A stretch of 63,294 bases of DNA, counting the filler, from Octopus bimaculoides (lineage: Eukaryota), in assembly GCF_001194135.2 (NCBI RefSeq). It is 8 parts of 8 records of this genome, joined end to end, with 100 filler letters (N's around TTAATTAATTAA, not from the genome) between each part and the next. Parts side by side here need not be neighbours in the genome. Positions count along the whole stretch, not along the records: positions 60,956 to 63,294 come from NC_068996.1; 7 more parts are not named here. One strand, 5' to 3'. The position numbers and the translations under genes were made by a program. The number at the start of each line of letters is the position of its first letter. Within the stretch, counting starts at the first letter, position 1. This document shows positions 63,071-63,294 of the stretch, one piece after another. The notes beneath the pieces are model-generated. The model searched no databases, had not been told where the DNA came from, and saw only the letters and a list, made by a program, of their open reading frames with translations.

Positions 63071-63294
63071 ATGCCAGTAATGTTAAAATCACAATAATTA
63101 TTACGAAAAAATTCGTATAAAAATATTATGAATGAAATCTCATGATTATCTTTAACCCGGTGTGAAATATAGGTCGGACATTAGCATTTATTATGTTAGC
63201 ATTTGTTTTCGAAAAAAAAGTTAATGTTTATGATACTACTAACACGGCTCAAACTGAAGTCAGCAGCTCGGAAACCGCAGGCCAGTTCAAGCAA

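Overview
AT-rich eukaryotic (animal) DNA from a fragmented draft assembly, with about 30 N-gaps. The SINE families and microsatellite load resemble octopus; that is inferred from memory, not searched. Seven identical N44-TTAATTAATTAA-N44 spacers split the window into eight pieces, and their order and orientation are not supported by sequence. No complete protein-coding gene is visible. The one confident host gene is a tRNA-Gln(CTG) at 51811-51882; a possible first coding exon (MATEKE-) lies on the minus strand at about 22280. The rest is microsatellites, tRNA-derived SINEs and decayed elements: CR1, RTE, L1/Tx1, R4/Dong, Penelope/Naiad, Helitron, Tc1/mariner, hAT and fold-back MITEs. I see no convincing novel multi-gene system. 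The best leads are: (1) a young fold-back MITE with a 9-bp TSD carrying TTAGGG-like repeats; (2) a minimal hammerhead-like motif with a variant core in a Penelope-type terminal repeat; (3) several R4/Dong subfamilies stacked in (AAT)n tracts; (4) a CpG-decayed 3-kb block that looks like a fossil methylation domain. Element boundaries are approximate unless termini are quoted.
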